Positions 30,528 to 39,369 are shown, counted from the first letter of the stretch. The stretch: 64,000 nt of DNA from Oligoflexales bacterium (GCA_947445775.1 CANFEB010000003.1:40643-104642), one strand, 5' to 3'. Program-made: numbers and translations. Notes: generated from the sequence alone by a model not told the origin.

Positions 30528-31556
30528 TTAAAACAGGGTTGGCTGGTCGTTTTGAAACAGGGGGCGAACCTTCGGGCAAAGCGTCTTCATTTCTTCTACG
30601 TAGCGTTTGGCGTAGGGGCCCGTAAAGTAAAGCTCCTTGGGGGCCACGGCGGCAATCACTTCGCGCAACTCCACGCCGTCACAGGCATGGCTGAAATAAA
30701 AGCGCTCGACCGTGCGTTTGAGGGCCGGGGAAAGCTGGGTGTCCCCGCTGGTCTGTTCAATCAGGAAAATGGGCCCTTCGGGCAATGGACCCCGAAGATG
30801 GCCGGATTTGGTCGGGGCCGGCCAAATGACCGGTTTATTGCGGTGTGCGTTTCTCGGCGAGTAGGGCGTGTACTTGCCAAGAGGCGAGCCACAGGCTTCG
30901 TAAACCTTGTGCACCCGACAGATGCTCGGATGGACCGCAACTGCAATGCCCTCGTCACTCATGATTTTGGTCAGTTCTTGTGCCACGGCAGTCGGGCGAC
31001 AAAGAATTATCGGCGCTTGACCATTGTTCAGCGCCAATTTGATGGCATCGATGAAACGGTCGCGCTCTTTTTTGCGATTCGGCAGGGCCTGATTTGGATC
31101 TGGATGAAAAGCATTCAGGATCAGAGTGTGCGCCTTTTTAAGCTGCATTTGGCGGACCGTGCCATTTTTTTGTGTTTGCAGATACGGCGCATAGAGAAGG
31201 CGCCCTTGCTCGGTCTCGACATAGAGCGACGCCCCGCCGAGGACTCCACCCGACGGTAGTAACTCCATCTTCAATCGGCCGATGGAAAACGGCCGGTTGT
31301 ATTGGCAGACAAGGGCGTTGTTGGTTTGCGGAGCATTTTTCTGGGCACCGAGGAGTTTAAGGGTTTCCTCGGTGGCAATGATCTGCGGAACTTTTACCGT
31401 GTTGGGAATTTCGGCTGAAGAGACAAAGGACAATTGGCCGCTGGCCAGGGAATCAAACCACAAGATTGAATTGGACAAATGAATCCCATCATCCGTGGAA
31501 CGAATGGGGATAACTCCTGCCTTGGCAGGTGCGGTTTGTCCTTTTGGTGCAACCAT
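30528..31556 (-). CDS. Beta-CASP/metallo-beta-lactamase-fold homologue lacking metal-ligand motifs
   Basis: Collinear with the MBL/beta-CASP layout: '..hl....l.FD...' then the slot for HxHxDH (here FVSSAEIP), 'L.PaGH.lGSa' (here LLPSGGVLGGAS), the 'SGD' slot (here APY), and beta-CASP helices. Pattern-level call only. Confidence 0.5.
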   Translation of the reverse strand: MVAPKGQTAPAKAGVIPIRSTDDGIHLSNSILWFDSLASGQLSFVSSAEIPNTVKVPQIIATEETLKLLGAQKNAPQTNNALVCQYNRPFSIGRLKMELLPSGGVLGGASLYVETEQGRLLYAPYLQTQKNGTVRQMQLKKAHTLILNAFHPDPNQALPNRKKERDRFIDAIKLALNNGQAPIILCRPTAVAQELTKIMSDEGIAVAVHPSICRVHKVYEACGSPLGKYTPYSPRNAHRNKPVIWPAPTKSGHLRGPLPEGPIFLIEQTSGDTQLSPALKRTVERFYFSHACDGVELREVIAAVAPKELYFTGPYAKRYVEEMKTLCPKVRPLFQNDQPTLF

Positions 31557-31647
31557 AGGCTGTGACTATAGACACTGGGGAAAGGCTTGGTCAAGCCTCC
31601 AGAATCCGGGGAAAGGCCTCTGTTTTTATTGGGTTGAGGGGCGAAGT

Positions 31648-31839
31648 CTAGCGGCGACCGTCTGAACCAGTCGGATTGGCATACTTGGTATAGTACGTAA
31701 GGTGCCAATAAAACTCATCAAATGACACCAAACCCGCAATAGACCCGCCGTTAAGGTCGCGGTAAAGGCTAATATAGTCTTCGTAACGTCTCTGAATGAC
31801 GTCGAAATAAACCCTTCTATTTTCGTAAGTTATGCTCAA
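31648..31839 (-). CDS. Hypothetical small protein (63 aa from TTG; 85 aa if 31905 is used)
   Basis: TTG at 31839 is preceded by AGGAG about 10 nt upstream. No motif recognised. Confidence 0.35.
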   Translation of the reverse strand: MSITYENRRVYFDVIQRRYEDYISLYRDLNGGSIAGLVSFDEFYWHLTYYTKYANPTGSDGRR

Positions 31840-31922
31840 GGTCGGCGTTCTCCTGAGAATCTTATCGGCAGGTGCTCTAAAAAGTTGAGGGACCGGTCCG
31901 TGCAAGGGTATAAATTGAGCCT

Positions 31923-32678
31923 ATGAGCCTCGTTTTTGCTGCCATTACCGCTGGAATTCTGATTGCCGCCATTGTTTTGGCGACGGGACGTGATCATTAC
32001 GGGCGCTCCGAGCGTCGCGGCGCGGCCGACTACCACGCCAAGCGCCGCCTCCTCATAGAAAGAATAGAGCGCCTTTCTGGGCGAATCGAACGAATTGCCG
32101 CAACGTTGGCGCAGGCCCACCCTGCGGGCGAGTCTCTGGGCAATTTGGAGCGTCTGGTCGCCAGTTTTGAATTGATCGTTGTGGCGTTTGCCAGGTTGTC
32201 GCCATTTGGCACCGACCCGGAGCAATTGGAATCGGCGGAATTTCTGGTTGCGGATTGTGAGGGGCGTGCCGCCGGCTTGGAGGTGCGCCTTGGGCTGCGG
32301 ACCATGGCGGCGGTGATTCGCATGGCGCGATTGATTCGCAAAGGAATTATTCGGGCAGCCAATAAATTCGGGCCAGTGGGGGCGCCCCCTGATCGCGGCT
32401 GCTATTTTTGCTCACGTCCTTTTCATCTTGAACTGCAAAACTTCTCCCAGGTGCGAGTCAGGATCGAAGGGGTCACGAGGGATGTTTTCTCGTGCGGTCC
32501 GTGCAAGGATAACCTTGAGGAGACCAAGAAGGTCAAAGTATTGTATTTTCTCAGCGACGGAAAGCCGACCCATTGGTCGCGAGTTCCTGGGTATGAACCG
32601 ACCGAGTCGTTTTGGGACATCAACCGGAGAGTGTCGGGGCTCAGGCTCATTGCTTCTGGGCCAGACGGGATGGATTGA
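31923..32678 (+). CDS. Hypothetical membrane-anchored protein with a C-terminal CxxC..CxxC element
   Basis: N-terminal TM (VFAAITAGILIAAIVLA), a helical Arg-rich middle, and CYFCSRPF...SCGPCKD (zinc-ribbon-like). Confidence 0.5.
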   Translation: MSLVFAAITAGILIAAIVLATGRDHYGRSERRGAADYHAKRRLLIERIERLSGRIERIAATLAQAHPAGESLGNLERLVASFELIVVAFARLSPFGTDPEQLESAEFLVADCEGRAAGLEVRLGLRTMAAVIRMARLIRKGIIRAANKFGPVGAPPDRGCYFCSRPFHLELQNFSQVRVRIEGVTRDVFSCGPCKDNLEETKKVKVLYFLSDGKPTHWSRVPGYEPTESFWDINRRVSGLRLIASGPDGMD

Positions 32679-32772
32679 TTCTTGATGGATTCTTGATTGA
32701 ATATTTGTTGAATATATTTTGATAGCCGGAATTTCAAACAATCATAGCGGATACGAAACGGGGGGCGTTGAA

Positions 32773-33765
32773 ATGAGCAAGAAGCCAGTTCGGGTTGTCG
32801 TGACAGGGGCTGCGGGACAAATCGGTTATAGCCTTCTATTTCGGATCGCATCAGGCGAGGTTTTCGGCGCAGATACGCCCGTGGAATTATCGTTGCTCGA
32901 ATTGCCGCCGGCCATCAAGGCGGCCGAAGGCACGGCCATGGAACTTGAAGACTGCGGATTTCCGACGCTGAGCAAAATCAATATTTCTGATACGGCAGAA
33001 ACAGCCTTTGAAGGTGTCAATTGGGCGCTTCTTGTCGGGTCCAAACCGCGCGGCCCAGGCATGGAACGCAATGACCTCATTCGCGACAACGGCCCAATCT
33101 TTGTGACCCAGGGCAAGGCCCTCAACCGCGCCGCCAGCGATGTGCGCATCGTGGTGGTCGGCAATCCATGCAATACCAACGCGCTGATCGCCCTGCACAA
33201 CTGCCGCGAGGTTCCGGCGACGCGTTTTTCGGCCATGACCATGCTTGATGAAAACCGTGCCAAGGCCCTCATCGCCAAAAAGGCTGAGATTGGTGTCGGC
33301 GCCATTCGTAATCTGGCGATTTGGGGCAATCACTCCAGCACGATGTACCCGGATTTCGAGCATGCAACGGCAGGGGAAAAATCAGTCGAGGCAGCGGTCG
33401 GCGGCCGGGCTTGGCTGGAAGGTGATTTCATGGTCGCCGTGCAAAAGCGCGGCGCGGCCATTATTGCGGCGCGCGGCAAATCGTCGGCGGCCTCGGCAGC
33501 GTCGGCATGCATTGACCACGTCAAGCGCTTTATGACAAAAACGCCGTCGGGCGAATGGTTCTCGGCGGCGGTGCCGAGTGACGGTAACTCCTATGGGGTT
33601 CCGGCCGGACTGATGTTCTCCTTTCCGATTCGCTCCCACGGTGATGGAAAGTATGAGGTCGTTCAAGGGGTCAACCTTTCGGCCTACGCGCGTAAGAAAA
33701 TCGATGAAACCACCAAGGAGCTTCTTGAGGAGCGTGAAGTGGTGAGGCAATTGCTGCTCCGTTAA
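32773..33765 (+). CDS. mdh: Malate dehydrogenase (LDH-like, 'long' type)
   Basis: [25 protein letters not shown]-terminus and [12 protein letters not shown]. The internal ATG at 32773 fits the family N-terminus. The track start at 32719 adds 18 aa that do not fit. Confidence 0.93.
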   Translation: MSKKPVRVVVTGAAGQIGYSLLFRIASGEVFGADTPVELSLLELPPAIKAAEGTAMELEDCGFPTLSKINISDTAETAFEGVNWALLVGSKPRGPGMERNDLIRDNGPIFVTQGKALNRAASDVRIVVVGNPCNTNALIALHNCREVPATRFSAMTMLDENRAKALIAKKAEIGVGAIRNLAIWGNHSSTMYPDFEHATAGEKSVEAAVGGRAWLEGDFMVAVQKRGAAIIAARGKSSAASAASACIDHVKRFMTKTPSGEWFSAAVPSDGNSYGVPAGLMFSFPIRSHGDGKYEVVQGVNLSAYARKKIDETTKELLEEREVVRQLLLR

Positions 33766-33801
33766 TCACAACGGTGCACGCATACTTTAGGAGTACGAAG
33801 C

Positions 33802-34710
33802 ATGTTTTCTTGGGCAAAGCGGTTTTTTCTGTTTGCGGTCGTCAACATCCTCATCATTGTCACCATTTCTACGGTGCTCAGTTTGCTGGGTGTCCGTCCG
33901 TATATGACAGCCAATGGGCTTGATTACGAACAACTGGCAATATTTTGCTTGGTTTGGGGCAGCGGGGGCGCGCTGATTTCCCTTGGACTTAGCCGCATCA
34001 TGGCCAAGATGATGATGGGAGTCCGAGTCATCGACCCAAATAGCCCCGACCCAGTTTTGCGCGACCTCGTCATGACGGTGCACAAGTTGGCACGTGGGGC
34101 AAACCTGCCGGCCATGCCGCAAGTCGGGGTTTACGACAGCCCCGAGCTCAACGCCTTTGCCACGGGGCCCAGCAAAAGCCGGGCTCTGGTGGCTGTATCT
34201 TCTGGCCTGTTGCAACGGATGAACAAGGGGGAGATCGAAGGGGTGCTTGGCCATGAGGTGGCCCACATCGCCAATGGCTACATGGTGACCATGACCCTGA
34301 TCCAAGGCATCGTTAACGCCTTTGTGATGTTTTTTGCCAGGATTGTGGCCTTTGCCTTGGCCAACGCCATGCGCAGCAACGACGATGAGCGCGGTGGTCC
34401 AAACCCCATGATCATGTTTGTGGCCACCATGGTGTTCGAGATCTTGTTCAGTATTTTAGGGATGGTGGTGGTCGCCCACTTCTCTCGGGCCCGTGAATTT
34501 CGGGCCGACCAAGGAGGCGCAGGCCTAGCTGGACGCGACAAGATGATCGGGGCTTTGGAGGCGCTGCGGCGCGGCACGCAAACAATCGACAACAGCAACC
34601 CGTCCTTGGCGACCCTCAAGATTTCAGCCCGTCCGGCGGGCTTCATGGCCATGCTGTCCAGCCACCCGCCCCTTGAGGTGCGGATTGACCGCCTGCGTAG
34701 AATGGTATGA
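33802..34710 (+). CDS. htpX: Protease HtpX (peptidase M48)
   Basis: HEVAHIANG zinc motif, 4 TM segments, AGGAG RBS. Confidence 0.9.
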   Translation: MFSWAKRFFLFAVVNILIIVTISTVLSLLGVRPYMTANGLDYEQLAIFCLVWGSGGALISLGLSRIMAKMMMGVRVIDPNSPDPVLRDLVMTVHKLARGANLPAMPQVGVYDSPELNAFATGPSKSRALVAVSSGLLQRMNKGEIEGVLGHEVAHIANGYMVTMTLIQGIVNAFVMFFARIVAFALANAMRSNDDERGGPNPMIMFVATMVFEILFSILGMVVVAHFSRAREFRADQGGAGLAGRDKMIGALEALRRGTQTIDNSNPSLATLKISARPAGFMAMLSSHPPLEVRIDRLRRMV

Positions 34711-34753
34711 TCTGACGAGACGGTTTGACCGCTGGCCAAGCATTTGCTAAGTC

Positions 34754-34776
34754 AAAAGGCGCAAAGCGCTTTTTGA
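34754..34776 (+). terminator. Possible intrinsic terminator after htpX
   Basis: aaaGGCGCaaaGCGCtttttg: a short GC stem with A/T extension followed by a T-run. Confidence 0.4.
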
Positions 34777-34782
34777 TCCCGG

Positions 34783-34869
34783 GGAGGGATGGCCGAGTGG
34801 CTTATGGCGGCGGTCTTGAAAACCGTTATGCGTGAAAGCGTATCGGGGGTTCGAATCCCTCTCCCTCCG
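34783..34869 (+). tRNA. tRNA-Ser (anticodon UGA)
   Basis: Cloverleaf folded by hand. Acceptor GGAGGGA/TCCCTCC, anticodon loop CTTGAAA, long variable arm, T-loop GGTTCGAATCC. Confidence 0.9.
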
Positions 34870-34905
34870 CTCTCGAAATGTGTTTTGTGCTGCATTGTTT
34901 CTGCT

Positions 34906-34995
34906 GGAGAGATGGCCGAGTGGCTGAAGGCACATCCTTGCTAAGGATGCGTACGGGAAACTGTACCGAGGGTTCGAATCCCTCTCTCTCCGCCA
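34906..34995 (+). tRNA. tRNA-Ser (anticodon GCU), CCA encoded
   Basis: Acceptor GGAGAGA/TCTCTCC, anticodon stem CATCC/GGATG with loop TTGCTAA, long variable arm, T-loop GGTTCGAATCC, and a 3' GCCA. Confidence 0.9.
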
Positions 34996-35086
34996 CACTT
35001 GCCGGCATCGAGATGACGTTGTTGACTCTGCGTGCGCCGAAATTCAGCAGGAGAAAAATCTCTAAATCTATTTGGCCACTTTATCT

Positions 35087-35386
35087 TCATCCAACCCCTC
35101 TCTGACCCGGCTTCCCCCGCAGAGTAAACGCGAATGCAATGAGACTGATAAACGAGAATCCGCCACCCACAAGAAACGTCCACTTCGGTCCGACGCTATC
35201 CCAGAGAATCCCAGCGATGACACTTGCTAACAGCAATGTCACGGCACTGAATAGGTTGAAGAGGCCGTAGGCTGTGCCGCGTAGCTCAGATACGCAGGTT
35301 TCGGCAACTAGGGCCGATAGTGTTCCTTGGGTAAGCCCCACGATCCGGCACGACATCGATTTTTTCCAATGTGGAGAGTGGTACAC
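35087..35386 (-). pseudogene. MFS transporter 3' fragment (last ~85 codons only)
   Basis: GLTQGTLSALVAE...RGTAYGLFN...AGILWD..GP matches the C-terminal two to three helices of MFS proteins. No upstream part exists, because the XRE gene abuts it. Confidence 0.6.
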
Positions 35387-35395
35387 CCGCTGCGA

Positions 35396-35569
35396 TTAGT
35401 AGAGGCCGAGATAGTGTCCAAGAGCGACGATCGTAGAGAGTGAGGGATTAGCCCGATCTCGTTCGATGCTTTGCAAAGTGGCGAGACTGACACCTGAACC
35501 GGAGGCTAGCTGGAGTTGACTGACCATTGCCTGCTTTCTAGTTTCGCGAATTTTGGAGCCTACAGACAT
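35396..35569 (-). CDS. XRE/Cro-C1-family helix-turn-helix regulator (57 aa)
   Basis: IRETRKQAMVSQLQLASGSGVSLATLQSIERDRANPSLSTIVALGHYLG is the classic HTH_3 pattern. An AT-rich putative promoter lies upstream. The longer 118-aa track ORF is unlikely. Confidence 0.7.
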   Translation of the reverse strand: MSVGSKIRETRKQAMVSQLQLASGSGVSLATLQSIERDRANPSLSTIVALGHYLGLY

Positions 35570-35748
35570 AGAGATTAGCCTCAATATATTAGGCAAGAAA
35601 TAAAATCGATTTTTATTCAAAATACTTGAACTGACGCCACAATAAGTCTTACTGAAGGCGGCGTCTTTCGGGTGGAAGTGCTGGTAATCGCTTAGTAGAT
35701 CATTGAAAAGCAGCGCCGATTTTTTTGGCTTTCGCACGAGACGCCGAC

Positions 35749-36458
35749 TCACAACTGACTGTGGCCCTGAATCAAAAGTGGATGAGGGTCACCTGCGCGC
35801 CAATTGGCCATTGTCATCTGCCAACTGGCCAGCTGCCATCTCGCATCGATATGCTTATGCGCAAAGTTAATGAAAACCATGTTTGCGTTAGTGTTAGTCG
35901 TGCGGGACTTTGCTGTTTGGGCTCGCCCGTAGACGGTGGAGAATGAAAGATAGATTCGAATCGACTCGTATTCGACGGCGCTTAACAGCTGAAGCGCCTG
36001 ATTTGTCGAAAGGAGGCTCGACACTGTTTCATAAATTATGGCGCGAAAATATGGATCGCCGGTAACCGTGATTACATGCCAACCGCCTGCATTGCGACCA
36101 AGGCGAAGAAATGCCCCGCCTGACGGTTCGATAGCCTTAACGGCGGAGGGAATGGAAATATTTTCGGCGAGTTCTCGTGCAAATGCCTCTAGCTTGCCGA
36201 GACTCTTGGTTTTTGTTTCGTATGAAAAGGTGTCACCCTCCGGGTCGTATGAGTTAGCCCGCCACTTTGGCTATCCTCTAGGCGCGGCGAATTGATGTAC
36301 GACGCGGTCCTGGCGACTAAAACCGAAAATTCCAATAATGAATGCAGCAATATGAAGGACGAGTGAAGGATAAGATGGGGAGCAAACGATGGTCTTGTGT
36401 TGCCCGTTTTCGCGTTGAGGGCATCGCGAATAAAGCGGCAGCTACAAAGATCTGTCAT
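35749..36458 (-). pseudogene. Unknown ~236-codon gene interrupted by a frameshift
   Basis: ATG at 36458 with AAGGAGG 5 nt upstream; that frame stops at 36189. A second frame, offset by -1/+2, is open from ~36270 to 35749 but has no start codon before GTG 36024. The two frames overlap at 36189-36270. Confidence 0.4.
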
Positions 36459-36487
36459 AGGACTCCTCCTTAGGGGCATTAACCCAT

Positions 36488-38008
36488 TCAGCGCGCGAAG
36501 GATCGACGTTCCCCAACCAAATGAATGTTTTTTGTTTTGATGGCCGCCATCACCTTGGCCCGATCCAGATACAAACTGCGATCTCCAAAAAAACCAATCA
36601 ACAAAAGCCCCTGATAAATCACCGCAAGGCAGATCACAATTTTGGCTACCCGGATACGGCGCGCACCAACGAGCAAAAAGTTCATCCCGTGCAAAGCTGC
36701 CAAGGCCGCCACAGGGAACAGAATGATGTAATTTCTGGCCGTTGGCGGACGGGTTGAGAACATGAAAATCACGCAAAGCTCGACTAAGGTCAGAGCGATC
36801 AAAAGACGCACCAGGGGCGGAACCTTTTTAACAAAAATTCCATACAAAATGACGATGGGCTGAATTACTCCCGTCACCGCCAAAATAACGGCAAATGGGA
36901 TCAGCCAAGGATGGGAGAAAAGGTACATCAGGCGATCTTCCTCTCGATCCGTCAAAAAACGCGGCACTTCGTAGGCTCCAAAAGAAATGAACCTGGCGAT
37001 GATGGTCAACGGATCGCTCATGTTTCTCTGGTTCACACCGGAATTGCCAAAAAGTGGGGCCACTACCTCATAGATTCCGTACTTCAGGATGGTCGGAACC
37101 AAAAGCAACGTCGGCAATGCGAAACCTGCAACGAAGTAGGCCGGTTGACGCCATGTGCGCGGCTCACGAGTCAAAATAAAAGCCGCCACGACAAATGGAA
37201 TCAACAGCGGCCACGAAAGGTGCAATTGCAAGCTCCAGGCCACGCTAAAGCCCATCAGAAACCAAGTAACCATACCGCTCAACATGCCCACACTTATTGC
37301 CGGGATCACCTCAAAACATGCGACAAAAAACAAACAGCTCGAAAACATCAAGTAGCTCGGATTGTACAAATGCGTAGAAATATTGAGGGTCCAAGGCAAG
37401 GTCATCACCCAGAGGTAAACCCACGCCGCGGGTAGGTTCGTAAAGCGCAGTGATAGCCACCGCCCTAAAACCAAAAGCCCGATAAACGACAAAATGTTCA
37501 GCAGCAAATACGACGACTCTGGAGCAGGCCAGAGAAACAAGGGGCCACCGACGAGAAACGACTGCAAAGCACCAGCGATCTGCTGATTCGTGTGAACCAC
37601 GTCGGGCCCAAAATAAGGCCAGCTGCTATGCGCAAATAAATCAAAGCCCAGCAAAAAGATCTGGAGTTCATCGTCCTCATAAAATTCCAGGCTCAGGCCA
37701 TAGGCCAACCTGAACACAAACAACCCCACCAAAACAGAGGTCAAAAAAGAAGGCCTGAACTTCTGGATTATCTTTAAAATATTGCACTCCAGTTCTTTAT
37801 GCGCGTTGTGTCCATTTTTTGAAGCAGCGACTCGGTAATTGAGGACAAGACCATCAACGATTCGATTCCTGTAGATCCCGTCGTTTAAAAAGATTCTGTG
37901 ATCTAGAAGTTCTTCGCAGCGGTGTCTGGTAAAGGCGAATCCCGTAGCAATCCTTGAGAAACCTGCCAAGCCAATTCGCAGTAGGATTTCGCGTGACGCT
38001 TGCCGCAA
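36488..38008 (-). CDS. GT-C-fold polytopic membrane glycosyltransferase (ArnT/PMT-like); first ~85 codons derive from a transposase relic
   Basis: About 11 TM segments. An acidic first-loop motif (YEDDELQ) follows TM1 as in GT-C enzymes. The only starts are TTG codons, and the N-terminal 85 aa match a transposase C-terminus. Confidence 0.55.
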   Translation of the reverse strand: MRQASREILLRIGLAGFSRIATGFAFTRHRCEELLDHRIFLNDGIYRNRIVDGLVLNYRVAASKNGHNAHKELECNILKIIQKFRPSFLTSVLVGLFVFRLAYGLSLEFYEDDELQIFLLGFDLFAHSSWPYFGPDVVHTNQQIAGALQSFLVGGPLFLWPAPESSYLLLNILSFIGLLVLGRWLSLRFTNLPAAWVYLWVMTLPWTLNISTHLYNPSYLMFSSCLFFVACFEVIPAISVGMLSGMVTWFLMGFSVAWSLQLHLSWPLLIPFVVAAFILTREPRTWRQPAYFVAGFALPTLLLVPTILKYGIYEVVAPLFGNSGVNQRNMSDPLTIIARFISFGAYEVPRFLTDREEDRLMYLFSHPWLIPFAVILAVTGVIQPIVILYGIFVKKVPPLVRLLIALTLVELCVIFMFSTRPPTARNYIILFPVAALAALHGMNFLLVGARRIRVAKIVICLAVIYQGLLLIGFFGDRSLYLDRAKVMAAIKTKNIHLVGERRSFAR

Positions 38009-38315
38009 TTATCTCGCGAGTATTGATATTCAATAACGTAAAAATTTACAGCCGTCTCAGAAATACAGTCCCTACCGTAATAAAATCACATGCAAAGGCC
38101 CGTATCGCGCGGCCCATAAAAAATGGGATCTAGGTTTCATCAAATCTACGAATCGTCAGCTTTGACAGGGCTATACCGATTTTCCTTAATGAACCCTTGA
38201 TCCGTCGAGTGCCCCAGGCGCGGGTTGTTGCGTTTCATTGCCATCACTAATAACCGGATCTTTTCATTAGCCGGTGGACGCCCCAATCGCCGCAGAGGAA
38301 CATCCGGACATTTTC
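37760..38315 (-). mobile_element. Degraded DDE (rve/integrase-core) transposase relic, IS481/IS3-like, with frameshifts, stops and an internal deletion
   Basis: Minus-strand pieces in three frames: LGRPPANEKIRLLVMAMKRNNPR; AWGTRRIKGSLRKIGIALSKLTIRRF; ACDFITVGTVFLRRL*IFTLLNINTREIIAASVTRNPTANW; and RIATGFAFTRHRCEELLDHRIFLNDGIYRNRIVDGLVLNY. They are collinear with the conserved blocks of this transposase family. The DDE core is missing. Confidence 0.65.
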
Positions 38316-38589
38316 AAACTCATCCCGACACAGGGCCGAGGCAGGCAAAAACGGCGCCCTGCGCTCGTTGAAAACATAATGTGACCAGAAGCACCCCGCT
38401 GTCGTTTTTAGATTCGATACACAGGTACCTTCAATCCAGCACTTTGAGTTTGATTCCGGTACAAAAAATCCAAAATTAAAACACAAATTGACTGAAAACC
38501 ATTCGAGTAGCACAGTATTCCACACTCGGCTTAATGACGCCGAAAGATCCAATAATGCCGTTTAACCGGCGGAACACAACGGAAGTAGT

Positions 38590-39369
38590 GTGGACCTTTC
38601 CGAAGCCCCTTTTATGTTGAACCGCCACCCTTGGGAGCTTTCCCGGGTAGGCATGATTTCGCGTTTAGTGGCCTCACGCCTGACGGGAAAAAACGTCGGA
38701 GATGTCGGGGCTGGTGACGCCTACTTTGCTAAATATGTTGCCGCCAGATTTGGTGCCCGCGTGACGGCAGTGGATCCGCACTTTTCCGCTACGGGGTTAA
38801 TCGCCGGAATTGAATGCTTAGCCTCGCTAGATTCAATTCCTCCAGAATCCCTTGATGTCGCCTTTTTGATGGATGTACTGGAGCACGTCGAAGACGACGC
38901 CCTTTTGTTGCGAGAGGCTGTCGCCAAAGTGCGCCCTGGGGGGTTGCTTCTGATAACCGTTCCAGTATGGCGCATTCTTTTTTCCAGCCACGACGGAACC
39001 CTCAAACATCATCGCCGCTATGACCCAAGCCAATTTTCTGCGCTGCTAAGCTCCATTCAAGGACTGAGGGTAGACAAGACGTTTGGCTTTTATTTTTCGT
39101 TGTTTCTCCTGCGTTTCATGCAGGTGACTTTCATGGGCCTGCGTGGGGCCGGTCGCCCCCAGCTTTCTGACGGCAACCTCCCTGACAGAGGGGACGACGA
39201 TGAAGTTGATGCCTCACAATTGACCCGGTGGCCCTGGGCAGAGCACAATTGGATCACTAAAGTATGTACGGCGGCACTGAACTTTGATTTTGTGATATGC
39301 AAGTTGGCCGCAAGCCTTGGTCTGCGCCTTCCGGGACTTTCAATGGTGTCGTTATGCACAAAAAAATAG
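38590..39369 (+). CDS. Class I SAM-dependent methyltransferase
   Basis: Motif I (VGDVGAGDAYFA) and post-I/II (DVAFLMDVLEHVEDD). The alternative ATG at 38614 is equally possible. Confidence 0.72.
   Translation: MDLSEAPFMLNRHPWELSRVGMISRLVASRLTGKNVGDVGAGDAYFAKYVAARFGARVTAVDPHFSATGLIAGIECLASLDSIPPESLDVAFLMDVLEHVEDDALLLREAVAKVRPGGLLLITVPVWRILFSSHDGTLKHHRRYDPSQFSALLSSIQGLRVDKTFGFYFSLFLLRFMQVTFMGLRGAGRPQLSDGNLPDRGDDDEVDASQLTRWPWAEHNWITKVCTAALNFDFVICKLAASLGLRLPGLSMVSLCTKK

Noticed and set aside
36189-36776. A 195-aa track ORF
   Set aside because: The first 106 codons lie inside the GT-C gene in another frame. Only the part from ATG 36458, which has an AAGGAGG RBS, is credible, and that part is reported as the 5' half of the frameshifted gene.
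38247-38552. A 101-aa ORF from the track, considered as a real gene
   Set aside because: Its 3' part overlaps the transposase relic, whose conserved blocks are read in other frames. It has no RBS or recognisable motif, so it is probably a chance ORF in decayed DNA.
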